From positions 24,366,001 to 24,430,000 of the forward strand of contig OX597821.1 of the NCBI GenBank assembly GCA_951406725.2: 64,000 nucleotides of DNA, in the 5' to 3' direction. The notes under the pieces are model-generated. The model had not been told where the DNA came from. It saw only the letters and a list, made by a program, of their open reading frames with translations, and made no database searches. Shown here in pieces: positions 11,001 to 24,380 of this stretch. Within the stretch, counting starts at the first letter, position 1; each line of letters starts with the position of its first letter. The DNA is from Octopus vulgaris. Lineage: Eukaryota. Position numbers and translations under genes: made by a program.

Positions 11001-11505
11001 AAATACCATAGACAATCCAAAACTCTTTCGGATTTCTATTGATACATACATGCATGCGTGGATAAATGTGTGCGTGTGTATGTATGCATATATATATATA
11101 TATATGTATGTATGTATGCATGTATATATATATATATATCATACACACATTTATGTGTACACACACATATATCTTTACTTATTCCTAAGGGCATGCTGTA
11201 GCACTGTTTTAACGGGTTTATTCGAACAAACTGACCTTGGAGCAAATTTTTGTAAAGCCAAATACTTATTGTATCGCCAACTCCTGCCAAACCGCTCAGT
11301 TAAGAGGATATAAACAAACCAACATCGGCTATCAATCATTGCCAGAGAAATAATACAAACGCACACACACTGATATGTATACATAGACGACGCGCTATAT
11401 ATATTCCTAACCCGAATTAATTTATTCATGTTTTATAGTGTCTTAAATAACTTTTACCTCTTGTTACCACATCATCACTAGAACATTTCTTCAATACATA
11501 CATAC

Positions 11506-11536
<31 letters not shown>

Positions 11537-11580
11537 CATACATACATACATACATACTTACACACATGCACACACATATA

Positions 11581-12444
11581 TGAGGAAGTACACAAAAGTA
11601 ACCGGAAATGTTCCCTGTGGGACAAACCCGTTATAGTTCAGGCTTCCGCTGCTAGAAGCCACTTGATGCGTCCCTCAGGCAGTAGTCTGCCGACTACGTC
11701 GTCGGGTGTAGTCCTACTGTCACGTGGTGTTTCTTTGTTTTGTTGTGCTTCTTCCCTGTTCGTCGATTTTTGCATGCTTCCGTGAAATACTGTTTTCTGT
11801 TTGGGAAAACAGCGGCCGAAACAGCTGTTAGGCTTGAAACAGCTTACAAGGACGCTGTCATGAGTAAAACTGAAGTTTACAAGTGGTTCCCACACTTTAG
11901 GAATGGTAACTTGTCACTTGAAGACCGACCTTGTTCAGGACGATCGTTGACCTCCCGAACGAATGAAAACATCATGAAAATTCATGAACTGATCTTGGAG
12001 GACCGTCGCCGAAAAACTGACGAATTGTTGATATGACTGGTGTGTCCTGGAGCTCCTGCCAACGAATTTTGAGCAATTTTGAGAAATTGCGAATGAAGAG
12101 TTACAGCAAAATTTATGCCTCGCTTGCTCACTGAGAATCAAAAGCTGTCACGACTGAATGCGTGGGAATTTGATCTCGACCTTTTTTCGAAGATCATCAC
12201 TGGTGACGTAAGCTGGTACTACGGAATTTGCTGATGTAGAAGAGGTGAAGAAAAAAACGACGGAGGCACTAAAAGTCATCATTTCGCAAGAGTTCCAGCG
12301 CTGCTTTGAATAGTGGAAAACGCGCATGGACCGGTGCATTGCTTCAAATGGAGAATATTTTGAAAGCGATAAAAGTGTAAACATGTAAAATTAAGCGAAT
12401 AAAATAATACTGCAAAATTCCGGTTTCTTTTGGGTACACTCTCA
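11581..12444 (+). mobile_element. Degenerate mariner element with internal deletion
   Basis: Imperfect TIRs TGAGGAAGTACACAAAAGTAACCGGAA / TTCCGGTTTCTTTTGGGTACACTCTCA, flanked by TA. ORF 11740..12036 has VKYCFLFGKTAAET..VYKWF..LEDRPCSGR. Confidence 0.8.
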
Positions 12445-12522
12445 TATACATATATCACTTTAAGACCGTTATACCATGTCATGAATTCTGAATATATATA
12501 TATATATATATATAGATATACA

Positions 12523-12990
12523 CAAGGGTACTACATAAGCACCTACATCGCTAAAAATAGAAGTCAGAAATACTTCCATGCTACGGAATAGTCACAAAAT
12601 TAATTTGCAGGTATTCTCTGTCACTAGTGATGGTATTTTGATAGTAATATCGCTCTCATATTTACTTATAAACAATTTCACGTATTTTGTTTGTTTAAAT
12701 AGTGCTTAATCACTTCAAACGAATTTGCAGGCATGGTGGGGGCAAATTTTAGTAGTCGTTAGCTGGTAGATTTCGACTGAAGTGAATCAGACACCGTTTG
12801 GCGCTGAATTCGAAATCATGATATCAAATTAACCAGCATTACTTCTGCTGACCTAGCAGAGGTAAGGCGATATTATTGCTCACTAGAATCTTTTCCTATC
12901 ATGCCTGTATTAATTTTGTGACTATCCCGTGGCACAGAAGTATTTCTGACTTCTACTTTTAGCGGTGCAGGTGCTCATGTAGTCCCCTTG
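12523..12990. mobile_element. Tc1/mariner-type MITE with ~90-bp TIRs
   Basis: CAAGGG..CTACAT.AGCACCT.CA.CGCTAAAA.TAGAAGTCAGAAATACTTC...GTCACAAAATTAAT, inverted at 12905-12990; TA on the right flank. Confidence 0.75.
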
Positions 12991-13105
12991 TATATATATC
13001 ATTACTTAATTAATTTGCCTGTACGGCTGGTATTCGGTAGAACTAGTGATGGTATTTTGATAGTACTATCCTCTCTCATAGTTACTTACATATATATATA
13101 TATAT

Positions 13106-13196
<91 letters not shown>

Positions 13197-14025
13197 TGTA
13201 TGTATATATATTTACAGATAGGTAGATAGATAGATACATACATGTATATATACACAGACACATATATACAAATTATACAATAGAGGGTGCAGTTTTATAA
13301 TGTAAACATATCACATACTTAACTACGTGCGTTGCTTAAACACGAAGAGTTGCTGTTTATCGCCCGGGAAAAATTCCTCTAAAGACATATAGTGTTAAAA
13401 AGCACAATATACTTCACAACTAGAAGTGAAATCATCTCAGATGCGAACAAGAGAGCGGAATAAAAGTATTTCGCAGTGCCTGCAAATACTGAGCGCTTGA
13501 CTCACTTCCAAAACGAAATTGAAATCTCTAGGTTGGAGTGTAGAGTGAGTGTGTAAAAACTATTTGCTGATTTGCAATGGCGATGCACAAATGGAATAAA
13601 TTCAGATTATGCGACAGAAGCAGCCACAGGAACTGCTGCATATAATTCAGGCTAGAGACTCAAGGCAAAGTTGAACCACGATGAGACTGATGTTCCGAAC
13701 ATAAAGAACCCGGTGAAAAGACTACAAGACAATTTATCCTACGCTGTGGCGATTCTAATAAGAGGATAATACGATTTCTAAAAATGACATACGTTTAATG
13801 AGTTGATGAACGGTGAAGGTGTATCGTCTGTTCTATGGACCTCATTATTGGATTTCTTTTACTGGTTTCAAAAGAGTGAAAGAGAAAAATCAACTTCAGC
13901 GGAATTTGAACTCAGAACGTTTTTTTTGATACTTCTCATTCTAATGATAAATAATAAAAGACAATGACTTTTTTGTTTGTTATACTTATGTTTTCTTTTC
14001 TGCTTTTTTTTTTATTTGCCGTCAG

Positions 14026-14254
14026 GAACCAGCAAACATTATTACTGTGGACTGGAGTAGAGGAGCTGGATTTCCTTATGAACAAGCGGTGGCAAATGCT
14101 CGAGTTGTTGGTAAACAGATAACCAACCTGCTGATAAAACTGAATCCTACTAAGTTAAGATTCTTCACAAAGTTACATTTGATTGGTCACAGCCTCGGAG
14201 CTCACATTGCAGCATTTGCAGCCAATGGATTGAATCATACCAGCCGTATAACAG
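14026..14254 (+). CDS. Pancreatic lipase-related protein, exon with catalytic Ser (GHSLG)
   Basis: GTCAG acceptor; ACAG|GTAGA donor, phase 1. Encodes EPANIITVDWSRGA..YEQAVANARVVG..LHLIGHSLGAHIA..SRITG; Ser codon 14191-14193. Confidence 0.95.
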
Positions 14255-14324
14255 GTAGAAACTTTTGTTATTTTCCTGATCTATCACACGCACATACAAG
14301 TACTCACATACGTATGCACGCATG

Positions 14325-14400
<76 letters not shown>

Positions 14401-14401
<1 letters not shown>

Positions 14402-15880
14402 TAACTTAAAAGCCGCACTCCAGCTGAAATACAGGGTTCTCAGACGGAAGGCAGGGATCTTTTCGGTTTGAACGGCAGTTTTTAACATAATTTCTAGGTA
14501 ACTAAAAAATTTTAAACTTCCTATACTGGTAGAATGTGTTTATAAAAGATCTTTTCTCTTGGCTTTATTGAGAAAATTCTATACTTTGTAAGATATTTGT
14601 TGTTTTTTTCTTCAATTTCTGCAATTTCAACCAATTAGTGACGTCTATTGAGTTAAAAAGCATTCTGTGCCGTATGAATATGTCCCTCGTTTAAGAAACA
14701 GATTGGGTTTATTTACATTTGTGAAGAAAAAAAAGATATCCTCCCCCCCTCCAACCCTAACCCTGACTAACACTAACCCTAAAAGAGATTGAAATGCAAT
14801 AGATCGATACTAGGGCCATAATTATGGGTGACAATTTCATATGACACCGCTAGAAAAAACTGCCGTTCAAACCGAAAAGATCCGAAGGCAGAATTTCGCT
14901 TTTTTTAAGACCGAGACTGGGCGCCTAGCACCTAGAATGCTGCCAGATGTTCACAACCCTGTACCAGACGGGCAATAGGATCGGTGGATGTTCCACTTTA
15001 TAAATTTATAGAGAATTAGTTGCGGGAAAGTACGACGACGTTCTCGGAGAGATTCTGAGCGCCAACGAGAACGAACTGGCTAGTTCCGGTTGGGAACTGT
15101 CATGGATAATTTCCAGATGTCCTTGGGCTGGCAGTGCTACTAGTTCGAGATAAACTCTACAGGACGTGCTGCTAGACGGGCTTGTCCAAGGTGCGCACAG
15201 AGTGACGAAACCGTTCTTTGCGCCCTCGTTCAGTGTCTGGGCTTTGCTGACTTGTGGAGTTATGTCGAACAGCTGCTGTCACGTGTGGGATGGATCCGTC
15301 TATCGGCTGAATATGTAGTGATGATCGCGCCGCTGCCCTCCTTCAATCAGGCAAGCAAGGCAGATTTCCTTCGCCTGGTGGTTGTGGCGAAAGAGGCTGC
15401 TTGGTGGACAAGGCTGAAAGGCACGGGGGCAGATACATTGTTCTTTGATAGAGTTCTCATTGATTTCTTCAAGTTTTACTTGAGAATGAAATTGAGAGTG
15501 GAGAGAGAAGTGCTGTCCTCGAGTGAGTTTATGGAAAGGTGGGTGAAAGCTGTGAAAATAGCAAGAGTGTAGGACTGTGAGTCGGAGAGAAGAAATTGGA
15601 GTGGATACTTGCTCCTGGGGTTTCGAGGAAATCCAGTACAGTGGGGTTCCTCGATTACCTCTAGAGGCCTTCTGTATCTCTATCATCCTCCCAGTCACAT
15701 TTTTTAAAGCCTTTGTATGCTATGCATATGTCCCTTCTTTTTCAGTGTATACCGTGTATACTTACTTTCTTTCACTTCCTTTTATCATTTAATTATATGT
15801 AAAGCCCCAAACGTCAGGTCTATCTTTGTATTGCCCCCCTTCGGCCTTCGCCATTGGGGCAAATAAATGAAATTATTATT
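14401..15880 (+). mobile_element. L1/Tx1-like LINE 3' fragment, interrupted by a MITE
   Basis: CPRCAQSDET...LWSYVEQLL (zinc-knuckle region of ORF2), ORF 15252..15572, followed by a UTR and AATAAA + (ATT)n tail near 15862. Confidence 0.6.
14455..14883. mobile_element. Merlin-like non-autonomous DNA transposon
   Basis: Perfect 29-bp TIR GGATCTTTTCGGTTTGAACGGCAGTTTTT; perfect 8-bp TSD GAAGGCAG (14447-14454, 14884-14891); GG termini. Confidence 0.8.
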
Positions 15881-15905
15881 ATCATCATTATTATTATTAT
15901 CATTA

Positions 15906-16342
15906 TTGTCTTTGCACAGCTTCTAACGCTGGATATGTACTTCGGTGCCAGCTGTTCACTATCAGTGAACTAAGGTAACACCCCTTATTTTTCGAGCACC
16001 ATCCAGAGTATTCGAGCGGTTCCAAGCAGTGCTGTTTTCTCTAAGTGCTCCACCCTTATTGCAGCCCCTATTTGTTCCATGTACTTCTCAAGATGTTTAC
16101 TCACTGTCCCCAGGGTTCCGACAATTAGTGGTATTACTACAACCTTTTTCATTGACCACAACTACTTAACCTCCCAAGCTAACCTGTTATATCTATCGAC
16201 TTTTCTTTCTTCCTTATCGCATACTTTGTTGTTAGCTGGGTATGATATATCTATAATCTAGCATCGTTTGCTTTCTTTCTAAATTAACACTATATCTGGT
16301 TTCTTATTTTATATTTTATGGTCGCACTGAATCATAAAATCC
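15906..16342 (-). mobile_element. R4/Dong LINE 3' end (restriction-like endonuclease region)
   Basis: Minus strand translates to IIDISYPA..KVDRY..WSMKKVVVIPLIVGTLGTV..LEKTALLGTARIL; (AAT)n tail. Confidence 0.7.
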
Positions 16343-16502
16343 CATAGGATCTTTGCATTATCAATATTATTATCATTACTATATATATATAGGTTTGGTT
16401 GACGAGTTAGGAAATAATTGAGATTCAGTTGAATTAGGCACTTAAGTTGAAGCACCGAGTCAGTCTGGTATTATCCGCACAGCCCAAAGTAAGGTGAATG
16501 AA

Positions 16503-17429
16503 ATCAAAATAAGCAACAGGATATCAAGTAGTGATACAGTGGTACGACCGTTTCAAGCGGCTCCATTTAATTGAACTATGCAATCATTACATCAATTTAA
16601 ATGCAGTACCATCTTCATCTGTAGGGATAAATAAATGGAATTTTAACAAGTAGGACACATTAATAAAATTTTTCTCAAATATATTAGCAGAGCAAGGAGA
16701 TAGAAGAAATTCATGTTGTCGCTATTGCAGATAAGAATAGACTACAGCTTCTAAGAATCACATGGAGTATAGTGGGGTTGTAGGGTTGTAGGGTTGTAAG
16801 GGATTGTAATTAATTTCTAATTAATTTATCTCTTTATCAACTACTAAATCTATTTTGAATAAAGAACAAAAGTGAATTGACAGCTCATGACTAGGTATGG
16901 TCATAAACAATCACGTATAATGCCCCTAATAAAATTTCTTCTGTATTAACATCTTAGGCTTCTTAGCGTCTTGACTCTTTAACTGGTAATTAACATCATG
17001 ATTTAAATTTTATCCCTACCTTGCCTCTTTTTATAGACAGTTAATATATCCAACTGACTGCTCCTAATGTCTTATTTCCTCCCTGGGGAAAAGGGATACA
17101 TATGATAATATTTATGAATATAAATAATATTTGTGATAAAGGGATAAACGAATTAGAAATGAATTACAATCCCTTACAACCCTACGACCGCACTATGCTC
17201 CATGCGATTCTTAGAGTTTGTAGTCTATTTCTTCCATTTATTTGCTCTGTTAAAATATTTGAGAAAAATTATATTAATGTGTCCTACTTGTTAAAATTGC
17301 ATTTATTTATTTGTGCTGCTGAAGATGGCACTGTATTTAAATTGATGTAATGATTGCATTGTTGAATTAAATGGAGCCGCTTGAAACGGTTGTACTACTT
17401 CATAACCACTTGACATCGTGTTGCTTATT

Positions 17430-17433
<4 letters not shown>
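16503..17433. mobile_element. Foldback of Penelope-type terminal repeats (~300-335-bp diverged arms) with a hammerhead-like motif in each arm
   Basis: 16503-16839 is the reverse complement of 17134-17433. Right arm has CTGAAGA (17319)..57 nt..GAAACGGTT; left arm on the minus strand has ATGAAGA..GAAACGGTC. Confidence 0.65.
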
Positions 17434-17464
<31 letters not shown>

Positions 17465-17467
<3 letters not shown>

Positions 17468-18001
17468 GGATCAAATCAGTTTGATTCAAATTCGTCGGTA
17501 CTCCGAGAGTTTCAACAGTGATAGCTAATCTTCAGCCATTTTTAATTTGAATGAAAGAAGTTGATTGTTATTACCATAAGGTAATAACAATAAATTGCGA
17601 TTAGTCGAGGAAGGTCACTTGGTGTCGTGGTTTGATGTTAGAATACAGACATGCACGCAAAACCATATGAGCGCGTACACCCCCCCCCCCTATGTACAAC
17701 TATATACTAGGACATACTACCTCTTCCTACTTCCCCTCCAGCAACATGACCGATTTCCGGTCCACAACGCGATCGATTTCCGGTTGACCATGCGGTGTTT
17801 TCCAACTAACTGTCGTCACTGAGATGTGGTTATATCAACATCAAACCCCTCGACACCACGTGACCTTCGCCGACCAATGGCAAACCACCTTACCATAATA
17901 ACAGTCAATTTCTTTCACTCAAATTCTAAATGGGTGAAGATTAGCATCACTTGAAACTCTCGGAGTACCAACGAATTTGAATCAAGCTGTTTTGATCCAT
18001 A
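17465..18001. mobile_element. Foldback MITE with ~170-bp TIRs, superfamily undetermined
   Basis: TATGGATCAAA.CAG.TTGATTCAAATTCGT.GGTACTCCGAGAGTTTCAA... mirrored at 17837-18001. Confidence 0.75.
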
Positions 18002-18052
18002 CATGTAGCAATAAATGTGTTAAGTGCCCTTCTTTCGTTTGTCCGCACACTC

Positions 18053-18092
<40 letters not shown>

Positions 18093-18114
18093 TGAGTTTG
18101 GATATACTCCCTAA

Positions 18115-18187
<73 letters not shown>

Positions 18188-18447
18188 GGAGTATATCCAA
18201 ACTTACAGGGAAAAATTAAATTTAGGATTAAATCAAATTTTACAGTATAAATCAAATTAGAGATAAAACCACTATTAGACAACTCAAACAGTGATAGACG
18301 TAAAGCAAAACATAAAAAACAAAAATAAATATAATTAATATAATATATAATATATATATATATATAAAATATAAAATTTTAAATTTAAATTATTAAAATT
18401 TTAAATTTTTATATTTTTAAATTTTTAAACTTTTTATCTCTAATTTA

Positions 18448-18526
<79 letters not shown>

Positions 18527-19084
18527 ACACTTGAACCAGACATGCAGGTAAATGTATCTAAGAAAACAGGGCAATATCGCCTGGCCCCTTGAATTTGTGA
18601 TGTGAGAATTGTGTGTGCATTCATCTATTCAGAAAAGTGATATACGCAAGCATTCCTTTCTGCTAAGTCTGTCCCATCGGCGCCGTGAGTGTCATATTAC
18701 ATTGTTATCAATCTATTACTAGATACACCATTTCCTTTCCAGCGGCAGTTTCTTAATTATAATATAATCCTCTAATAAAGAATGATAATCTAAATATAAT
18801 GTAATCTTCCAAATTAAGTAATTTAATTCAGCGGATTAATTTTCATAAGTGACACAATCGCAGTTACCTTCTTTTGACCAAATTTTATGATTTTTTCAAC
18901 TAACTGAATTTTTTGCTGAATACTTTGAATGCTCAAAACGGAAGCGAATAGAGCTTCCGCTTTGTTCTCAACGACATATCACTTGTTGCTCAGAGGCCTG
19001 ACGATTGATGAGTTGTTTGAAGGTCATATATTATGGAATTCTGAATAACCAGGTGGATATAAATATATACGTATATACATATCT

Positions 19085-19089
19085 CTCTC

Positions 19090-19168
<79 letters not shown>

Positions 19169-19195
19169 GTCTGTCTGTCTGTCTGTCTATCAATC
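19085..19195. repeat. (CTAT)n(CTGT)n microsatellite
   Basis: Seen directly. Confidence 0.95.
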
Positions 19196-20602
19196 TATTT
19201 CTATGTATACATGTGCATATAAGCATAGACATAAAGCATAGTGAGTTTTGAAGAATAACAATTTGAACCATGTTTTTCCATATACAAACCTTGTGCTGCA
19301 CCTTGAGTAAGTATTTGCTACTACAGCGTGTCCCAAACTTACGGTGACCAACATTTTTCAATTTTGTCGAAGCAAAATATTGTTATATTTTGTTTCCGAG
19401 CTTTGTAATACAATGGCAAAGGAAACACAATTATGACATTACCACATTTATTCGATATGGCCGCATCTGTTTCGAATCGAAGCCTATTCCTGGTGCAGTT
19501 TTGTCTTCAGAACGCCGAACGAAACATGAGGAGTGCTGGAGACCAAACAGAAAAACCCAACGCTGGGTATTAATTTTAACTACTGAGGGCACAAAATTGA
19601 GGGAAGACCGTCATGTGGCTATCACAGCCGCCCAAAACATAACTGACTGTGGATTTTGACATCGATTTATGTGTATGCCCTCGACGGAGCCAGATACACC
19701 CCAAAGTCTGTCTGTTCGATGTTAGATTTCTTTTCATCAGTGAACATCAGCTGTTGAACGCCTGACAAAGTCAACAAAGTAAAGTATCAATCAGGTTCTA
19801 AGGACATACATCTCACCACATACTCACAAATATTTGACCTTGTGCTTGTTTTAGAAATCATTATTTTATGGAAGTCACACACTGATCGTCTGTCTGTCTC
19901 TCTCCCCCTCCACTCCCCTCTCTCTCTCTCACACACACACTCATACACTCTCTCCCAAGCACAGACATATACATGCATTCCCTGACTTGTCTGTCTGTCT
20001 CTTTCTCTCACACATATCGCTTACAGATACTTGTTCCCTCTCTCTCACACAGACACACATTCTTTCTAACCCACATGATTCTATACTCCCGAATAGCCCC
20101 CCCCCCCCACAAAAGCATTCTCGCCACCCCCTACTCAAACAATGTCTGTCTGCTCTCTGTCTGTATCTCTATCTTTCTGTCATACACACATGCTCAAGCA
20201 TCATTGTCTCCTACGTAAACCATTCTCACACACTCACACACACATTGTCTCTCACGCATACTCGCAACATTTGCACTCATACACACTCTTTTTCTTACAT
20301 ACGCATACCCTTACACCCACATATGTTCTTTCAGTTACATTCATACACATACATGATTTCTAACAGAGCTAGAATGCCACATTATTGTTTTGGGGGGGAT
20401 GGGAGTGAGGGGCGACATCACATTAAAGCCAGGCTAGTTCTTCATCAGATCTACATTTTATCGACCACGGAAGCTGAGCCAGGCAGGATTTGAACTTAGA
20501 ATGTGGAGACAATTTAATTATTGCTAAGCATTTTGTTGTATAATATCATACCAAAAATACATTCGAAAATATTAGAATAACATTTAAACTACAATATATA
20601 CA

Positions 20603-20998
20603 TTTTTACTCTTTTACTTGTTTCAGTCATTCGACTGTGGCCATGCTGGAGCACAGCCTTTAGTCGAGTAAATCGAACCAAGGACTTATTCTTTGTAAGC
20701 CTAGTACTTAATCTGTCAGTCTCTTTTGCCGAACCTCTAAATTATGCACACCAGCATCGGTTGTCAAGCGATGTTGGGGGGGGGGGGCAAACACAGACAC
20801 CCAAACATATACACACACACACATATATATATATATACATATATACGACGGGCTTCTTTCAGTTTCCGTCTACCAAATCCACTCACAAGGCTTTGGTCGG
20901 CCCGAGGCTATAGTAGAAGGCACTTGCTCAAGTGGGACTGAACCTGGAACCATGTTGTTAGTAAGCAAGATACTTACCACACAGTCACTCCTACGCCT
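20603..20998 (-). mobile_element. SINE family A copy
   Basis: Matches the 5041 copy along its length with small deletions. Confidence 0.85.
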
Positions 20999-21432
20999 AT
21001 GTACATATACTACAAATATAATACTGATTTCAAATTTTGGCACAAGGCCAGTAATTTCAGGTACTTGTTTTATTGAACCCGAAAGGATGAAAGGCAAAGT
21101 CGATCTCGGCAGAATTTCAACACAGAAAGTAAAACAAGACGAAATGCTGCTAAACATTTTACCCGGCGGGCTGTCTGACAGACATATTATAATATTAATG
21201 CTATATACATTACAGTACAATGCAATTAATACTATATGTTATAATAAGGTATGATTTTAATTTGAGTCTGGAAATAACAAAATCCTATTAATTAGATCAC
21301 AACCAAAGTGAATAAAATTTCTTGCTAGCTCCTACTAACTGACTAATAGATTCTGTACTTGTGCATAGATAATATTCTGTGTGAAACATTTTGGGACGGT
21401 GGAACGGACGCTTACTACAAATTTAAAGGGGG

Positions 21433-21620
21433 TATATATATATATATGCACATATATATATATATATGCACACACACATATATATATATATATGCACATA
21501 CATACATATATACATATACACATATATATGTATATCAATATATATATTTATATGTATATGTATATACATACACACACATGTACGTATGTATGTATGTATG
21601 TATGTATGTATGTATGTATG

Positions 21621-21690
<70 letters not shown>
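21433..21690. repeat. (TA)n/(CA)n/(TATG)n compound microsatellite
   Basis: Seen directly. Confidence 0.95.
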
Positions 21691-21697
<7 letters not shown>

Positions 21698-22198
21698 GTA
21701 AAAATAAGTAAAAGCAATCCAATAATTGAGAACTAATATGGCAGAGGTTCCATTTGGCTCGGTTTACCACCGTTTACAGATTGGAAGAACGGCGGAAATA
21801 TTTTCTATCTCCGATTTGACTTTCATTGCTACCCTTAAAATGACAGAAACTACCACATCCCCTCTTCTCTCTACTGGTCTATTAATTTCGTGTCACGTCA
21901 TTTCAAAGGAAATTCCGCCACATTTGTACAGCAGCAATACTATTACTAGCATCATCACTTAATCCCTTCTCCATCTCTCGACCTATCTCTTTCTCTCTTC
22001 TTTCCTCGATCTCTCATTTGGCATCAGTTTAAGCCCGTTTTTTCACCAGCAGCCTCCTTGGTTGTCATTACCACTATCATTACCATCCGTTCGTTAGATA
22101 TTTGCATCTGTTGGTTTTTCAGGATACACGCAGAAACATGAGTACGACAGGTTTTACGTAAACCATATATCTATATCTATATCTCTCTCTATATATAT

Positions 22199-22750
22199 AC
22201 TCTTTTACTATTTTACTTGTTTCAGTCATTTGACTGCGGCCATGCTGGAGCACCACCTTTAATCGAGCAACTCGATCCCGGGGCTTATTGTTTGTAAGCC
22301 CAGTACTTATTCTATCGGTCTCTTTTGCCGAACCGCTAAGTGACGGGGACATAAACACACCAGCATCAGTTGTCAAGCAATGCTAGGGGGACAAACACAG
22401 ACGCACAAACACATAATATATATACATATATACGACGGGCTTCTTTCAGTTTCCGTCTACCAAATCCACTCACAGGGCTTTGGTCGGCCCGAGGCCATAG
22501 TAGAAGACACTTGCCTAAGGTGCCACGCAGTGGAACTGAACCCGGAACCATGTGTCTGTGTTTGTACCCCTAGCATTGCTTGACAACCGATGCTGGTGTG
22601 TTTACGTCCCCGTCACTTAGCGGTTCGGCAAAAAAGAGACCGATAGAATAAGTACTGGGCTTACAAAGAATAAGTCCCGGTGTCGATTTGCTCGACTAAA
22701 GGCGGTGCTCTAGCATGGCCGCAGTCAAATGACTGAAACAAGTAAAAGAG
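22199..22750. mobile_element. Inverted SINE family A dimer (minus copy lacking its 5' tip fused to a plus 3' half)
   Basis: Junction CCCGGAACCA-TGTG-TCTGTGTTTG at about 22551; arms 22199-22400 and 22551-22750 are complementary. Confidence 0.85.
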
Positions 22751-22772
22751 AGAAAAAGAAAAAAGATATATA

Positions 22773-22818
<46 letters not shown>

Positions 22819-23080
22819 TAGTTTTTTATGTTTATAATCTTTATGTAGCTATTACTCTCGATTGTTTTATGTTGCATGGTTGAACGGACTTGTGCTTTGT
22901 ATGTTATAGATAGATATGGTAAATCTACAGGATTTGCTTTCACAGCGATATAAATGCATTAAGCATATCGTGTATGTGTGTGTATATATACACATCTATG
23001 TGTGTATGTATATACACACATCTATGTGTGTGTGTGTGTGTGCGTGCGCGTTTGTGTGCTCATGACCATTCCCTGTTGGT

Positions 23081-23499
23081 ACCCCTTTACCCTTTTACCC
23101 TTTTACTTGTTTCAGTCATTTGACTGCGGCCATGCTGGAGCACCGCCTTTAGTCGAGCAACTTGACCCCAGGACTTATTCTTTGTAAGCCCAGTACTTAT
23201 TCTATCGGTCTCTTTTGCTGAACCGCTAAGTAACAGGGACGTAAACACACCAGCATCGGTTGTCAAGCAATGCTAGGGTGACAAACACAGACACACAAAC
23301 ATATACACACACATATATATACATATACATATATACGACGAGCTTCTTTCAGTTTCCGTCTACCAAATCCACTTACAAGGCTTTGGTCGGCCCGAGGCTA
23401 TAGTAGAAGACACTTGCCCAACATGCCACGCAGTGGGACTGAACCCGGAACTATGTGGTTGGTAAGCAAGCTACTTACCACACAGCCACTCCTGCGCCT
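23081..23499 (-). mobile_element. SINE family A, full length
   Basis: Complete head (AGGCGCAGGAGTGGCTGTGTGGTAAG) and GGGTAAAA-type tail. Confidence 0.9.
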
Positions 23500-23592
23500 A
23501 GATTAGTATTAAACACATACAGCACCTTAAGATGGGTTTATCTTACGGTCTGCTATAAGTGTGTTTGTAATGTTTTATGTGTAACACACACA

Positions 23593-23675
<83 letters not shown>

Positions 23676-24093
23676 GCATATATATATATGTGGCCATATA
23701 TAATACATGTCTGTATAAACGTGTATACACACACGCACATATATACATGCATATATACATACATGGGGCTAATGCAGTTTCGCACCTCTCCTTGAAAAAT
23801 GCATTTAAAAAAAAAAAATATTCTTTCGGATTCCTACGTTTTAGATGGAGACCACGAATATGCAAAAAAAAAAAATATTTAGATTTCACCTCCAACCCAG
23901 CGAATTAAAAATTTCATTTTGTTTACTTTGAAAAGATTAAAGCGAATTGACATATGCAAATCGAAATTAAATATAGACAGAAACCTTAAAGTGAAAAGAA
24001 TTTGCGTTTTACTTGTATTTGCCTTAAATAATCGAAAAAATATTTTCAGCAATTTTTTTATTTGCCTATTTATCCCTATCCGTTTATTCATCC

Positions 24094-24181
<88 letters not shown>

Positions 24182-24380
24182 CTTTATACACATAACTATA
24201 TGCTTATTGAATTTAAAATTTTGAAAACGTGGTCTCTTGCATATTTGGAATGTCTGTCATCGAAAACATACGAACCCGCTGAAAAAAAAACAAACGGAAA
24301 TGTCTGGTATTGTGGTGACTGTGTGGGAGGTCCGCCGAAGAGGCGGGGGGAAATTTGAAAATTTGAAAATTTGGAAAAGG

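Noticed and set aside
21335-21770. Many YI/CV/HT-repeat ORFs here and throughout the window
   Set aside because: Dinucleotide and tetranucleotide microsatellites lack stops; no protein signal.
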